DNA of 43,055 nt from positions 62,001 to 105,055 of the forward strand of contig LVLI01000206.1 of NCBI GenBank assembly GCA_001687465.1, in the 5' to 3' direction. Position 1 is the stretch's first letter. The number at the start of each line of letters is the position of its first letter. Below are positions 11,173 through 23,066 of the stretch, one piece after another. Origin of the DNA: Halocafeteria seosinensis. Taxonomy: Eukaryota. Made by a program: the position numbers and the translations under genes. The notes under the pieces are model-generated. The model did no database searches. It saw nothing but the letters and a program-made list of their open reading frames with translations, and was not told the origin of the DNA.

Positions 11173-14100
11173 ATGGCCGAGGCATGCGGAGGCTCCTCGT
11201 CGCACAAGCCTTCTAAGCTATACAGGACGGATAGTCCCCAGGAGATGACCACCAGGCAGCGGACGAATAGCGTAATGGAGCAGGAGCAACAGCCGCATCG
11301 TTTTAGCGACGAGGAAAGGGAGCTCTTGGGTAAACTACACACTGCTTGGATGCGACTGCAACACATTGACAACGAAAAGGTGGGATCAGAGCTGAGCAAG
11401 AGCCGACAAAGTCAGTATGACGGAAAATCTGTGCCACGTTCATTTGATGACACTTTACTGGTTCGGGACGCCGAGTACTCGACGCCGTCAAGGAAGTCCC
11501 GCCATCGGAACTCAGCAAAGCGCGTTGCTCCCGGTGATAGTTACAGGTCCACCTCATTCGATTGTTGGGTGCGAGATGGAGAAACTAGCTTTGATATTGA
11601 TCTAGATAACGACACGGAAGAACAATCGAAATCCAGGGCAGAGTCAAAAGATACTCTCGAGTCGTCGTTTGAGTTCCAAGAGTTTTTGAGTAAGATGGAA
11701 ACAGCGAAGTATGCATTGAGCGAAGACTGCTTTGACGCCGTTGACGTGCGTCGATTACCTTTTACTGCGTGGCAAATAGTGGCAGTTTGTATTTTGGAGG
11801 GGTGGGCACCGATAGATTCTTGCTCAGCAGTTTTACAATCGTATGTCTCTGGAGATCCCCTTGTTCGTTTCGATGATTGGAGTTGGTGTGCAATGTTGCG
11901 CTCCATGGACGACTTGGGTGTTCTGTTGCTCCCTGATCTTTCGTTACATCTACATCGCCATATGTCGTCTCCGTCCGAGTTATTCTTGAAAAACCTTGAT
12001 ACTTTTCTTGTCGACGTTGTTGGGCCGTTTGTCGTGCGACATATTGTTGGGAGGGCGCTCTGTAATCAGTCTCTTCAAGCACTAGTTTGGAATTGGATGG
12101 GAGTATTGAGCTGGAAACAGCAGGAGTTGCTTGATTCGTCAACAGAAACTGCGTTCCACATGACGCTTAGATTGAGCCAAGAGCACACTGTGGGGTACGC
12201 GACTCGTTTCCTGTTGAACAGTATGTCCGATAGAACCGTTACCTCGTCGAGGAGCCCGAAAATAACCCCGCAAAACAGGATAGATGAACAAGTAGGAGAA
12301 AATGTTACCGAGGCTCAATTTATGAATGTTTTCCTGACGCTGCCGAAAGTGTACTTGCCTATTCGGAAGGCGATGTGGGACTCAGATAAAAAGCGGTTTT
12401 TGTATTCCATTAATGATGTTAATCGCACCCGAATCCAGCGACGATTGAACCAAATGGATAAACAGGACGGTATTTCTTATTCTACGAAGCACAACGACAC
12501 AGCGGCGTATCTAGAAACTTTATTACGTGTACACTACTTTCTCCGTCGTTGTACTGGAAGAAGGAAAACAGAAACAGATCAATTGCTTCATTTTGGAGCC
12601 TATGATTGGGTGGGATTTGACATGGACCATACGTTGATAGACTATAAGACAGATGCTACAAGTGCGGTCATATGGGAAGCATCACTCACACATCTCGTTC
12701 AGACAACTAGTAGAGATTGTCGAGCTGGTCGCGAAAAGCACGCATCGCTAAACACTGTTCTAAACTATTTGGTGCAAGAGTATCCTGGTCTTGAAAGCTT
12801 GGCCGCACCCCCGCATGGTGAGTCGCCTTCTACCTTCGACACTCCGCCTTCAATTTTCCAATTCACCGGAAGGCAGTATCCGCCCTGCTGGTTGGAGCTG
12901 GCAAAGCCAGGATATATCGTCGACGCCCTAGAGGGAAACATTATTGTTGTGGATGCGTGTTACTATGTTAGACGAGTTTTCCATGGCGGTAGGATAACCA
13001 ACGGTGAAGAAGCGATGAGGCAATACGTACACCACACTCACAAGCAACCAAAGGAGGCCGATTGTTTCCTGTGTTTCCTTGACTCCCTTAAACAAAGGTG
13101 CTGTGATAGACCGTCTCCAGACAGCGCTACTGGTCGGTATGCTCCCATCTTATCCTATTTTGACGCTCCAGTACTACCCCTATACGCGCTGCTGGTTTCT
13201 GCGTGTGATGATTTCGTTCGGCTGCAAAATGGTACCTTTCAGAGCGGTGTATTTACTCAGTTATGGGTGGCTGCCCAGAAGTCGACTCGCTTTTCATATA
13301 GTAGATTTAGTGTTAACGGATGGTCCAGTATTTTACAAAATCCGTCGAAATTTCTTCGGTTGGAGAAATGTAGACATACAAAGAGATGGATCCGGGGATT
13401 AAGACGAGGTGGATCTGGAGTGAAAGCTAGCCGATGTTTTCTGCTGACAAACTCGGATTGGAAACAAACGAATACTCTAATGTCGTTTGCATTCGGTGCT
13501 GATTGGCTGTCACTATTCGACTTGGTCATAGTAAACGCAAAGAAGTCAAAATTCCGTCGAAGTCTTGCTGCACACACTAACGATGATGGCAATCAGCTTG
13601 GTCGTGTGAAGCAAGATTCAGAGAAGGGATCAAATGTTTCATCTCACTCTGCGGAGAAGCAGAAAGGTTTCTCTCTGCTGAATCCTGAAACCGGGAAAGT
13701 CCAGGCGCTGGATGATAGTTGGCTCCAGCACGAAAGCAAGCAGCAGCAACTTGTGGAAGAGTTAGCGACGCGATGGGGCGCCTTACCTGTGAACTTACAG
13801 GCCTTGGGATCTGGAGTTGGTTCAGCGTTTGGGACTACCGCTGTATTAAGCGGAGGTGGCATTCGTCAGTTTCTAGCTACAATCGAGCATGTTACTCGCT
13901 CCGAACTCCCGACTGGAACTCGAATGGAGGCCAAGTTCTCTGTGCTATATATTGGTGACCATGTATATAATGACATCGTTGCCCCGGAGATTGAGGGGGT
14001 GACGTGGCATACCGTTGCAATCAGTCCGGAAATGAGTCTCACTACATTGCCGTGTAAAGCACTCGAAAAGATCGACCCGTCAGATGCATTTTCGCACCAA

Positions 14101-14772
14101 TGGGTTCCTGTGAGGACGAGTTTCGGGAAATTAAAGAGCGAACACCCACATGATATACTCCCCGTTTCCATAAATGGAGCTTTTACAGCATCTAACTGGG
14201 AAAGTAGGCAAACTCCCACAGACATATCCTGCAGCGAGTTCTGGCTCGATCGATTATCTTTAGACAGTTCGGTCCTTCGTGTACCGTCGGTTTGTTGGCT
14301 GATGGAGATTTTGAGGACTCGGAAAAGCTATTCCAGTATTGCCTTATTGGTTGGTAGGTCGCTTTTATCGACCAACACCCACGGCGTGTATAGTAGTCAG
14401 TTTCGTGCCTGCATCGATGAGGGCGACCTTGTAGCTACTGTTATCCGGCTGCAGCGTTTGGATGAAGCCGAAAGTGTGCAGAAGGAAAACTTTTTCTCGC
14501 GACTCCTGGAATATCTGGGTTCTTCTTCGAGCAAGAAACTGTTAAATCCCTTCTTTACACTCAATCGTGACAATGATGGAACAAGCAAAGCGTCTAAAAT
14601 GAAGCATTCGCTGGCGTTGATTCCTGGCAGGTCTACATCAGTGTCTTACAATTCAGTGGCTACATTAAAAATGGTGGCGCACGCTGAAGCCAAGAAGCAG
14701 GAGTTCTCCAATGAAATCGAGAATGCGAGTCCGGTTCGACAATCGAATCGTGAGTACTCGAAAGTCATTTAA
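11173..14772 (+). CDS. Large intronless HAD-superfamily 5'-nucleotidase (cN-II/NT5DC family) with a long N-terminal extension
   Basis: Motif I YDWVGFDMDHTLIDY, motif II FLLTNSDW, FDLVIVNAKK, and motif IV VLYIGDHVYNDI, within a 1199-aa ORF. Confidence 0.85.
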   Translation: MAEACGGSSSHKPSKLYRTDSPQEMTTRQRTNSVMEQEQQPHRFSDEERELLGKLHTAWMRLQHIDNEKVGSELSKSRQSQYDGKSVPRSFDDTLLVRDAEYSTPSRKSRHRNSAKRVAPGDSYRSTSFDCWVRDGETSFDIDLDNDTEEQSKSRAESKDTLESSFEFQEFLSKMETAKYALSEDCFDAVDVRRLPFTAWQIVAVCILEGWAPIDSCSAVLQSYVSGDPLVRFDDWSWCAMLRSMDDLGVLLLPDLSLHLHRHMSSPSELFLKNLDTFLVDVVGPFVVRHIVGRALCNQSLQALVWNWMGVLSWKQQELLDSSTETAFHMTLRLSQEHTVGYATRFLLNSMSDRTVTSSRSPKITPQNRIDEQVGENVTEAQFMNVFLTLPKVYLPIRKAMWDSDKKRFLYSINDVNRTRIQRRLNQMDKQDGISYSTKHNDTAAYLETLLRVHYFLRRCTGRRKTETDQLLHFGAYDWVGFDMDHTLIDYKTDATSAVIWEASLTHLVQTTSRDCRAGREKHASLNTVLNYLVQEYPGLESLAAPPHGESPSTFDTPPSIFQFTGRQYPPCWLELAKPGYIVDALEGNIIVVDACYYVRRVFHGGRITNGEEAMRQYVHHTHKQPKEADCFLCFLDSLKQRCCDRPSPDSATGRYAPILSYFDAPVLPLYALLVSACDDFVRLQNGTFQSGVFTQLWVAAQKSTRFSYSRFSVNGWSSILQNPSKFLRLEKCRHTKRWIRGLRRGGSGVKASRCFLLTNSDWKQTNTLMSFAFGADWLSLFDLVIVNAKKSKFRRSLAAHTNDDGNQLGRVKQDSEKGSNVSSHSAEKQKGFSLLNPETGKVQALDDSWLQHESKQQQLVEELATRWGALPVNLQALGSGVGSAFGTTAVLSGGGIRQFLATIEHVTRSELPTGTRMEAKFSVLYIGDHVYNDIVAPEIEGVTWHTVAISPEMSLTTLPCKALEKIDPSDAFSHQWVPVRTSFGKLKSEHPHDILPVSINGAFTASNWESRQTPTDISCSEFWLDRLSLDSSVLRVPSVCWLMEILRTRKSYSSIALLVGRSLLSTNTHGVYSSQFRACIDEGDLVATVIRLQRLDEAESVQKENFFSRLLEYLGSSSSKKLLNPFFTLNRDNDGTSKASKMKHSLALIPGRSTSVSYNSVATLKMVAHAEAKKQEFSNEIENASPVRQSNREYSKVI

Positions 14773-15121
14773 TTACCAAACTTCTTTTTATTCACTCTGC
14801 ACGTACCTAGTTGAATTCTTGACCGCAAATTCCCGTGGCAATGCCACAGTTCTGTTCTGTGACCACAATATGACACCCACTTCCTCTACCAGCATATTGC
14901 AACTTTGGGTTGCGAACGAGCTGATCTTCACAAAAAACTTTTTGTTTGCCGTACCGTATACTGTATGTACACTAGATTTCTCAAGTGTTGGGAGGACCTC
15001 AACCACATGAGTGGATGGTCTAGGAACGAGGTACTTGGGCTCTGGACACTCCTTGTTGGCTTTTTTTCAGCAAAGAATACTAGGTGTAGATCCATACAGC
15101 AGCAGTCCATCGGGTCCATGA

Positions 15122-15790
15122 ATGATGATGAAGAGACAATGGCAAATACTGACTATCTTGGTTTTTATCAGCTCCTTCTTGTGTGTTTGTAGTGCGAATG
15201 TGGACTATTATCGCGTACTGGGTGTGCCGAAAGGAGCGTCCGAAGAGCAAGTGAAATCAGCGTACAGGAAGTTAGCGCGGCAGTACCACCCGGATAAGAA
15301 TGATAGCCCGGAAGCCAAGGAAAAATTTATGCAGATACGAGATGCGTACGAAGTGCTGACCGACCCGGAAAAGCGACGTGAATACGATGGCGTACGACAG
15401 TACCCTGGAGGCGGCCGAGGACCGTGGCCTCGACGTCGACGAACGCCAATGGACGATATGGAAGATCTGTTTGAAATGTTCGAAGAAGATGAAGATGATG
15501 AAGGCGGCTATGAGGAATATATTGAAATATTTGAAGACCAGTTCGGGAACCAGCACACACGACGGCATCGAGTTTATCGAGGAGGCAGAGCAGGGGGCTT
15601 CCACTGGAAATCGGGAGGAAGCCCCTTCTATCATGATGACTCAGAATTTACATCCTACTTGCCTTGGTGGGTCCAGTTTCTCCTTTCGATTATTGAAATC
15701 ATCCTGAATCTGCCGTTCGCCTTCTTCCTGTTCTTCATGATGGCATTCATTCATTGCTGTGGGGTCCTCATTCAGAAGGCCCTCCAGTGA
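15122..15790 (+). CDS. J-domain co-chaperone with signal peptide and C-terminal membrane anchor (ER-type)
   Basis: Hydrophobic signal peptide, then DYYRVLGV...[13 protein letters not shown]...[15 protein letters not shown], a G/R-rich and acidic region, and a hydrophobic C-terminus. Confidence 0.92.
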   Translation: MMMKRQWQILTILVFISSFLCVCSANVDYYRVLGVPKGASEEQVKSAYRKLARQYHPDKNDSPEAKEKFMQIRDAYEVLTDPEKRREYDGVRQYPGGGRGPWPRRRRTPMDDMEDLFEMFEEDEDDEGGYEEYIEIFEDQFGNQHTRRHRVYRGGRAGGFHWKSGGSPFYHDDSEFTSYLPWWVQFLLSIIEIILNLPFAFFLFFMMAFIHCCGVLIQKALQ

Positions 15791-16451
15791 GGCAGCGAAT
15801 CAGAGTGAAAAATGTCTTTAATATCGTCACGTGGGATTCTCGAAGATTTCTCTCGTGGGATTTGAAACCGTACGGGAAGAAGGGGGTCTCACATACAAAT
15901 ACGAAATGTGCGGTTCTGCATACAGGTCGCGTGGAAGTGTGTGTGAATTAGCTGTCTGGCTTTCTCCGGAAAGCGGTAGCGGCATTGAATTCTGCTCGTT
16001 CTATGTTGTGCTACATTAACTTTCAATGACTCGCATATAACGGAGCTTTTTCATCAAAGGGCTTCTACCACAGTGAGTCACTGGTAATGTCACGGGAGTA
16101 GTGAAGTTAACCTCCGGCTGAGAGTAATACGTGGTAGATAAATGTGCCCGTCCAGGGTCATTTCGTTCACTGTAGTTGTTGTGTATATACTGCATGCTTA
16201 AAAATACAATTGAATACGAGTTTGAAGTCCGGCTGTACTGCTGTACGCTGAGTCAACTCCGTGACGCACGTTGCGTGTGGGGCTTCACAGCCCCACACGC
16301 AAGTCATCCATTGAATGCGTCATGCTGGATGGCGATCGGACGTGTTTCTGCTAATGTGTTGTGACGGATAGTCGTCGTTCGTTGCTATGCATGCGCTGCA
16401 AGGGTATGATTTGTGTATAATAAGTGCACCCGTCACAACGGCGAGGAAGTC

Positions 16452-18223
16452 ATGTATAACGACGTCCACGCTTCTCAAGTATTCGCTTCCCAGGACGCGC
16501 ACCAGACAGCAAAGTCGTTTTTGGAAGCGACACTAAGGGAATCAGTCGGACTGGATGGACGAACGCGAAAGCAGCGAGTGCCGACAGTGATACGCGATGC
16601 AGGAAAGTATATATTCCATTCACAATTCCTGGAGGAAGGAGTGTTTGGACAATTCCTCCACGGTAATTCAGCAGAGACGTCGCGAAGTATGTGCTTCATG
16701 CTATAGCAGGGTGGTCTTGTCTACTTGATTAGAATTGTATGGGCGTGTGCAGAAGTCTACGTAGCGTGTTCGGAATCTTCTCAGGACAACAGCCGCAGCT
16801 CCCAACGCGAATCAACCTTTTACGGAGACCATAACCAGTCTGTTATCGAAATGCCGTTTCGTAATTTTCTGGAACATTACTGCCAGTGTACTGGGATGAT
16901 GAGCAGTGGTGCTGCTCACGATTCCTCGTATTTGAATACCGGACTGAGCTTATATTTGATGCAATCATGTATTCGAAGTTCTAACCGGGTACCGCAGGAT
17001 GTCAATTCATCAGACATCCTCTTACCGGAATTGGCAGACTACGTTCAAGTGTACGTTTCAGTCCCAAATGTAGAAGTCTACGGTATTTCACAGCGTGGAG
17101 GGTGCGTTGTAATTGCAGTCCTCCGTTCTTGGATTCGACGAGACTTGCACTGGTGAAGCAGTGCCTTTGGATGAGTCCCCATGCAACTAAGGCTACTTTG
17201 CATTATGACGAGGATGACAACTTGATCTGTTTGTTTTCAGGGGAGAAACTATTCTATGTGGCCGATCCATCAATCTGTTTAAGTCGCACGGGTTTGTATC
17301 AGCCTGTGTATTCCGCTCATTTGCACCACTCAACTGCGCACGCTGCCCAGTCGGTCGAGGAATTGGCTGATACTAACAACGAGCAAGCTGCAAAGATTCG
17401 TCTCAAGCCGCCGGATGCCTTGTATCTGCCACAAGGATATTGGCATGCCGTTTCTTCCATCCCGGGAAGTATTGCAGTAAATTCATGGTTCTCGATATTT
17501 TCGGATGGATGGGAATATGAGGACCCGTGTACATCTTCGGTAAACACTACGATTGTGAACGTAAGACGACAAACTCACGCTCTGATAGCGCAAGAAATCA
17601 GCGCTACAAAGAAGCGGATGCGTCAAGATGCCCAGCAACAGCTTGAGTCAAAACCTTATCGAGAAGTATCCCTCCTGGGAAAAGAGGACGAGACCTGTTC
17701 TCCGGAAGAACGGAAATCGGCTATTGTAGAGTTGTGGGAGCTGGTCACTAGCGACTATAAGAGAGCTAACACTTGTTTAAGCCAGGGCGGGTGGTTGGCT
17801 ACAAGTGTACAATTTAACAATGCACTTCTTGGAAGCTCTCTAAGGAACGCTAATTCCGTTCTCTTATCCATGAAAAAACTGATTGAAACAGTTGTATCTT
17901 CCAGTGCTTCCATTGATTTCCTGCTAGAGCTAGTGCCGTGGCACGTGGAAATACTTTGCAGTAGATGGGAAGACAGTCGGGAATTGTGCGGTAAGACACT
18001 GTTCGTGTATAGGGACTCAAGGTTACAGCGATTTGTGTATGACTATAGTAGTGCGCTCTTTGATGAACTGTATTTGAATATCGGTGACGGTGATTCTGAA
18101 AGGATTAAGCAAAGGTGGGAGGCGTCTCGAAACCGTGCTCGCGAGGAGGTGGCAACCCGGGTAGCTGCTAGTGTGCTGGGCGCAGAGAGCATCGAATTCT
18201 CGCCGACCCAAATTTATTCTTAG
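16452..18223 (+). CDS. JmjC/cupin-8 2-oxoglutarate Fe(II) oxygenase, about 3 exons
   Basis: LWMSP...TLHYDEDDNLICLFSGEKLF and LKPPDALYLPQGYWHAVSS give an intact HxD...H triad. Introns lie near 16688-16752 and 17050-17118. The start is uncertain. Confidence 0.83.
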
Positions 18224-18484
18224 CGTCTTAGGAGTTCGTGTGAAGCTGATTACTCATTTTTCACTATGCCGGCGTCTGGTTGGGCTACAACGGCTCGACT
18301 GAACCAGCCAGTGTATGCGCAGATCCAGCAGGTTGGTGGCTAACGCTATGCTACCGATGTATGGAGTATATAAAAATAACATAGAGCAGAGCTTAAAACG
18401 GACGTGTTTACAGGTGAACAAAGAAACTGTTTCGCATCTGTTTACCTCAGAAAAAGATTTCACTAGAAGAAGTCAAGGAAGCGT

Positions 18485-20120
18485 TTAATTGGCACCAATC
18501 CATTGCCGAATATGATGGCGATGGATGTTTCGCGCAACTATTACAGACTCAGGATCGTCAGGGTTTGAGGAGCGCAAATCTAAGTGATGGGCGCCTCCTT
18601 GAATCATGACGGCTATCACTGATTCTGGCAGAGATGCATTTGTAGTAATTCCTCCTCCGCTCCATGGATCTCGGTTTCCATTGGAGAGCACGATGTTGGA
18701 TGCCCCGGAGAGGTCTGTCCCGCCATAGTTGATTTTGATCCAGTTTGCGTTGGGCGTGACGTTGAATTGTTGTTGGCATTGCTGTACCGTCGCAGTGTAA
18801 TTCCATGGTGCTTCGAAGAACATGTCATTGGGCATGCCGTATTGTCCAATGGGCATGACCATTTCAGTGCAGCTCTGGTAAGGCCATCCCTCGTTCTGTA
18901 GTCCTGGAGGATTTACTTGCTTGATGTTGAAACATCTCCCGGCTTGACCAGTGTAGTTGTAGAACAAATTGGCTGTCTTATAGGTGGCAGTCACCAATTC
19001 TTCATCAGAGGGAGAGTTGCCATTAAAGTTCCAGAATTTTGCAGTGACATTGATGGGATTACCAGGTAGATGGCCCAAGAAACTTGCCGGATAAGGGTAA
19101 TCAGCCATTGCTAGATAGCTGTATGCACTGCTCAGCCAATTAAAGAGTGTCTCAGTTACGTTTTGCTTGTTCTCTAGCGGAGGGCATACTCGCATCATGT
19201 TTGCCAATTTGTCCCGGGTTGATTGGTTTTGCGCCCACTTCTCCATTGTATTCCACGCTTTATAAATGTATTTACCAGACCCTTGAACAGCTTGTTCAAA
19301 GTCTTGCGTAACGATATGGTTGAACACCTTGGGCCCCGTGAGGCCTGGGAATTGTATTACAGGTGCTGATGCCGCAATCGCCCCTGCTACCGTAGACGGA
19401 TACTTCTGTCGGAACCAAGCTGAGAGCATACCTCCATAAGACCCTCCGAATGTAACGATCGGAGCACTGGTACTAAGGTTCGTCTTCAGGCTTTCTAACA
19501 GAACGGCATAATCAGCGAGAGCTTGCTCAGAGGAGAGGTAGCGCAATCTGTCGGAGGTAAGATTCGCCCAGGTTTTGCTTCCAAAGGGCAAAGTGTCTCC
19601 GTAGTAGCGATGTTCCGCAAAGACGAGCTGCACTCAAGGCCCACCAAAACCTAAGTCAATCCTTCATTACTTGCTAGTGCGGGAGTAGGAACACACATAC
19701 CAGAGCGTTGAATTCTGGAGCAATATCCCACATGAACCCCGTGTTCTGAGCAAAGAGCTCAATGGACCCTTCATTCCCGCTGTAAAAGAAAATCGGCCCT
19801 CCATTTTCCTTGTCCCACCACGTATCATTGATCAAATATTTCTGCATGGATTACACACACATACACGAGGGTGAAGAGGTTCTTGGGCCTTATTTTTCGC
19901 CGACTACAGTCTGACGTACCTGGGGGAACGTCAGAGGACTGTAGGAGAAATGGTCCAAGTTCTGCTGGAACCATTTCGTCTCGAAGTGGTACTCTTGTAG
20001 GCCATTATACCCCTCCTTTATGGGCATGCCATTTCCACGGAGCTGCGTAGCCTGGCTCGGGGCTGCATACAGGACAGCCACGAGTGCCACGAGCGCCGTA
20101 GTACATGGAAACGAGCGCAT
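18485..20120 (-). CDS. PRCP: Lysosomal Pro-X carboxypeptidase (peptidase S28), multi-exon
   Basis: Signal peptide, FQQNLDHF, GPIFFYSGNEG, AEHRYYG, GGSYGGML (Ser), NGNRDPWS (Asp) and GAHHLDLR (His). Confidence 0.93.
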
Positions 20121-20468
20121 ACTTGTTCTCTCTTTGATAATGATGACAAAAGGGATGTCTGGAAGACGAGGGACAACACTAAATAGAGGAATGGTTGTGG
20201 CTTGGCTCAGAGGATCCTAGGGTGTTTTGTGAAGTACTTTTAGATGCCTCTATTCGGGTTGATTTGGTACCATATGTTGCATATATGCACGTGTATGTGT
20301 AGTGAATTCACATGTGCTCTGGTACTGATGGGTGAATAGTCAATGTATGCGCTGAAACACTCGTGGAAAGGCAAGTTTCGACGAGTCGGTGGGCAGTCTC
20401 TCGGCATTACACGAGGAGGAGTCTATTTCATTCCCTGTCGGCCCTATCCGTGGATAATCGGACGTGTC

Positions 20469-22936
20469 ATGGCTTCTTCATCGACGAATGTTCATCATGT
20501 GGAGACAGTTGTGCCAGAGGACAACGCTACGGCACAGAAAATGGCAGCTTCGTCCCCGGAAGCAGCTTCTGAACACACCGTTCAAGAGCATAATAGGGTG
20601 GCAACAGAAGCGCAGCAGGGGGACGACGATGCATCTACGACTAAATCAGGAGGCGATTCTGTGCTCTACCGTCTCTGCATCTCCAATATGGGTAATTTTG
20701 TGAAAGCAACGTCGTTCAGCAACTTTTTGACCAAGGAAAAAGTACCTCATTTTGGGGTTCAGAAAGTGGTAAAAAGTGTGGCTGGTTTCTTGTTATTCGA
20801 AACAGAAGAACAGATGAAAGAAGCAGAGTCGAAACTGGGACAAAAACAGACAAAGTACAAGGGCAAGCCACTTCGCGTCAGAAATGCCAATCCGCTCAAG
20901 GGATCCAAACCTCGTAAGCTACTCAATTTTGCCCAACAGCCCCATGGAGATAAGCGAATTGAACGAGCAGGAGATGATGGAACCGACCTGGAGATTGCTA
21001 CGGAAGGAAGCTCAATGCACGATCTATTGTCTTCGTGGTATCGCTGGGAATATCCCACCCAACTATCAAAGAAGCACGATATGATCCGCGAATTGATGGA
21101 AACGCTATATGCGCGTACCAAAGAAGCGGTACGTGTGTCACTGCCTACGTGTAAGGACTTCACTCGTTGTTTTACTAGTCTGGCTATGCCTCCAGACAAT
21201 AAACGCATTCATCAATCCAAGTACTTCCAAGAAAAGAGGAAGAAACTCCCAAGCAGTCCCTACTCCAGATGCTGATGTCGAGGCAAAGATGGAGAAAACG
21301 TGGATAGCCACGGAAACAGCAGGTATGTCTTCAATGCAAGGATCACGGGATTTTGTACTCGTCATTTGTAGTCCCTCTGCAGACACGTTCAAGGAGAAAC
21401 TCCGTAATATCCAAGGCTCCCCCGAGATTATTTACTATCGAAATAAGGCAAAATTTACAATAGGAAAGAATAGTGAAGACGAAATTTCAGTAGGGTTTCT
21501 AACGAAACCATTTCGGGATGGCAGACGAGTTGAGAACCCGATCGGTTGCCTCAATGTCTCCCGTGCCTCAGCATCTATTGCGCACAGGTTAGAGTCGTTC
21601 TTTAAAAGCTCTGCTTTCGAGCCGTACGATTGCCTCACACATACTGGAGTCTGGAGGGCTGTAACAGTGCGTGAAGGTTGCAAAACGGGGGAAATCATGA
21701 TAATTGTAGAAGCAACTCCTCCCGGCTCTGCTGTAGGTGACCACCAAGCTGCCGCAGCTCTTGGCAACGAACTCCCTGTTTGGACACGTGGCGTCAAGGT
21801 AGACGAAACTGCAGTGCACTCTGCTATATCAGTAGATAGCGAATTTGCAATTTTATCGAATATGGAAAGAGACGCAAGTCAGAAACGCACCTCAGATAAA
21901 CATCCTGCCCCAGTTTCGAACCTGGAGGAGCTGAAGCGACAACAGTCCTTGTACGAACAGGAGCTACAGCAGCTTGATGAGTTGTTATCTCAAGACTTTG
22001 AAGTTACCAAACATCCTCCGTTGCCTTCTGACTGCCCTACTAGCACTGTCACATCGATATCAGAGAAGGTCCCTGCTACTGTAAAGATTCATTCGGCTTT
22101 CTTACAAGAATACTCTGCAATTTCTGGTCCTGGTAAGTTCTGGTTTAACACTCTTTGTATGGTCCCTGCTAAGAATAGTTGTGGCTCCTTGGTGTTCTAC
22201 AGACGAAAATACTCCCTTCAAGCATTTACGGGGACAAATGCATTTTACTGAAGAAGTCAATGGTCTCCGCTTTGCCATTAGCCCTGGTGCCTTCTTCCAG
22301 ACGAATACTACCGCGACGGAAGTACTGTACGAACAGGTCGCCAATTACGTTAAATCAGATAGCCTTGATACTATCATGGATGTTTGCTGTGGCACGGGGT
22401 CGATTGGTTTGTGCGTGTCCAAGTTAATCGGTCGGAATGATTTAAGAATTGTTGGTGTTGAATTGTCTGCTTCTGCGGTGGATAACGCGCGTTACAACGC
22501 TGAAATCAACAATATGTCTGAAGATAACGTCATATTTAAGGATGCCAAAGCAGAAGACGTGATGCCCGAGATAATCAAGCATGCTATTGATACTCACGAG
22601 ACTCCAGACAGCAAGGAGACAAAGGAAAATGGATTCTTAAGTAACCAGCAGGTAGTTGCAATATTGGATCCTCCTCGTGCAGGCGTTCATAAAAATGTAA
22701 TCCAGACTCTGCGAGCTTGTCATGGTCTCAACCGTATCGTTTACGTGTCATGCAATCCTACGGGCTCGTTTGTCAGAGACTGTGCCCTTCTTTGCAGCCC
22801 CCATGGAGGGCCTCGCAGCAAGGTCAAGGGAGCGCCCTTTAGGTTGACAAGTGCTACTCCAGTGGACTTATTTCCACAGACATCGCACATCGAAATGGTT
22901 GCTTTATTCGAGCGACACTTAGATGACATATCGTAA
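20469..22936 (+). CDS. TRMT2A: tRNA (uracil-54 C5)-methyltransferase with N-terminal RRM-like domain, multi-exon
   Basis: YRNKAKFTIG, AFFQTN, DVCCGTG, LDPPRAG, YVSCNP (catalytic Cys) and VDLFPQTSHIE. An alternative upstream in-frame ATG lies at 20343. Confidence 0.9.
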
Positions 22937-23066
22937 CTTTCAACAAGCTGAAATGGTATAATTCGAATCCGGGTCACCCGTTTTGACTAACTGAGGGTAC
23001 TTTAAACAACGACGTTGTCAGTGGCTCCAGGCAATATTCTGGGGATAGAATTACAGTGCGTACAGG

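Noticed and set aside
6362..14772. NAD/nucleotide salvage gene cluster (NAPRT, carrier, 5'-nucleotidase)
   Set aside because: The carrier looks like the glycine-type SLC25A38, orientations are mixed, and adjacency is expected by chance in a compact genome.
15800..16440. Possible snoRNAs (hairpin 15950-15980, ACA/CTGA motifs)
   Set aside because: Only isolated hairpins and short motifs, with no convincing box pairing or rRNA guide.
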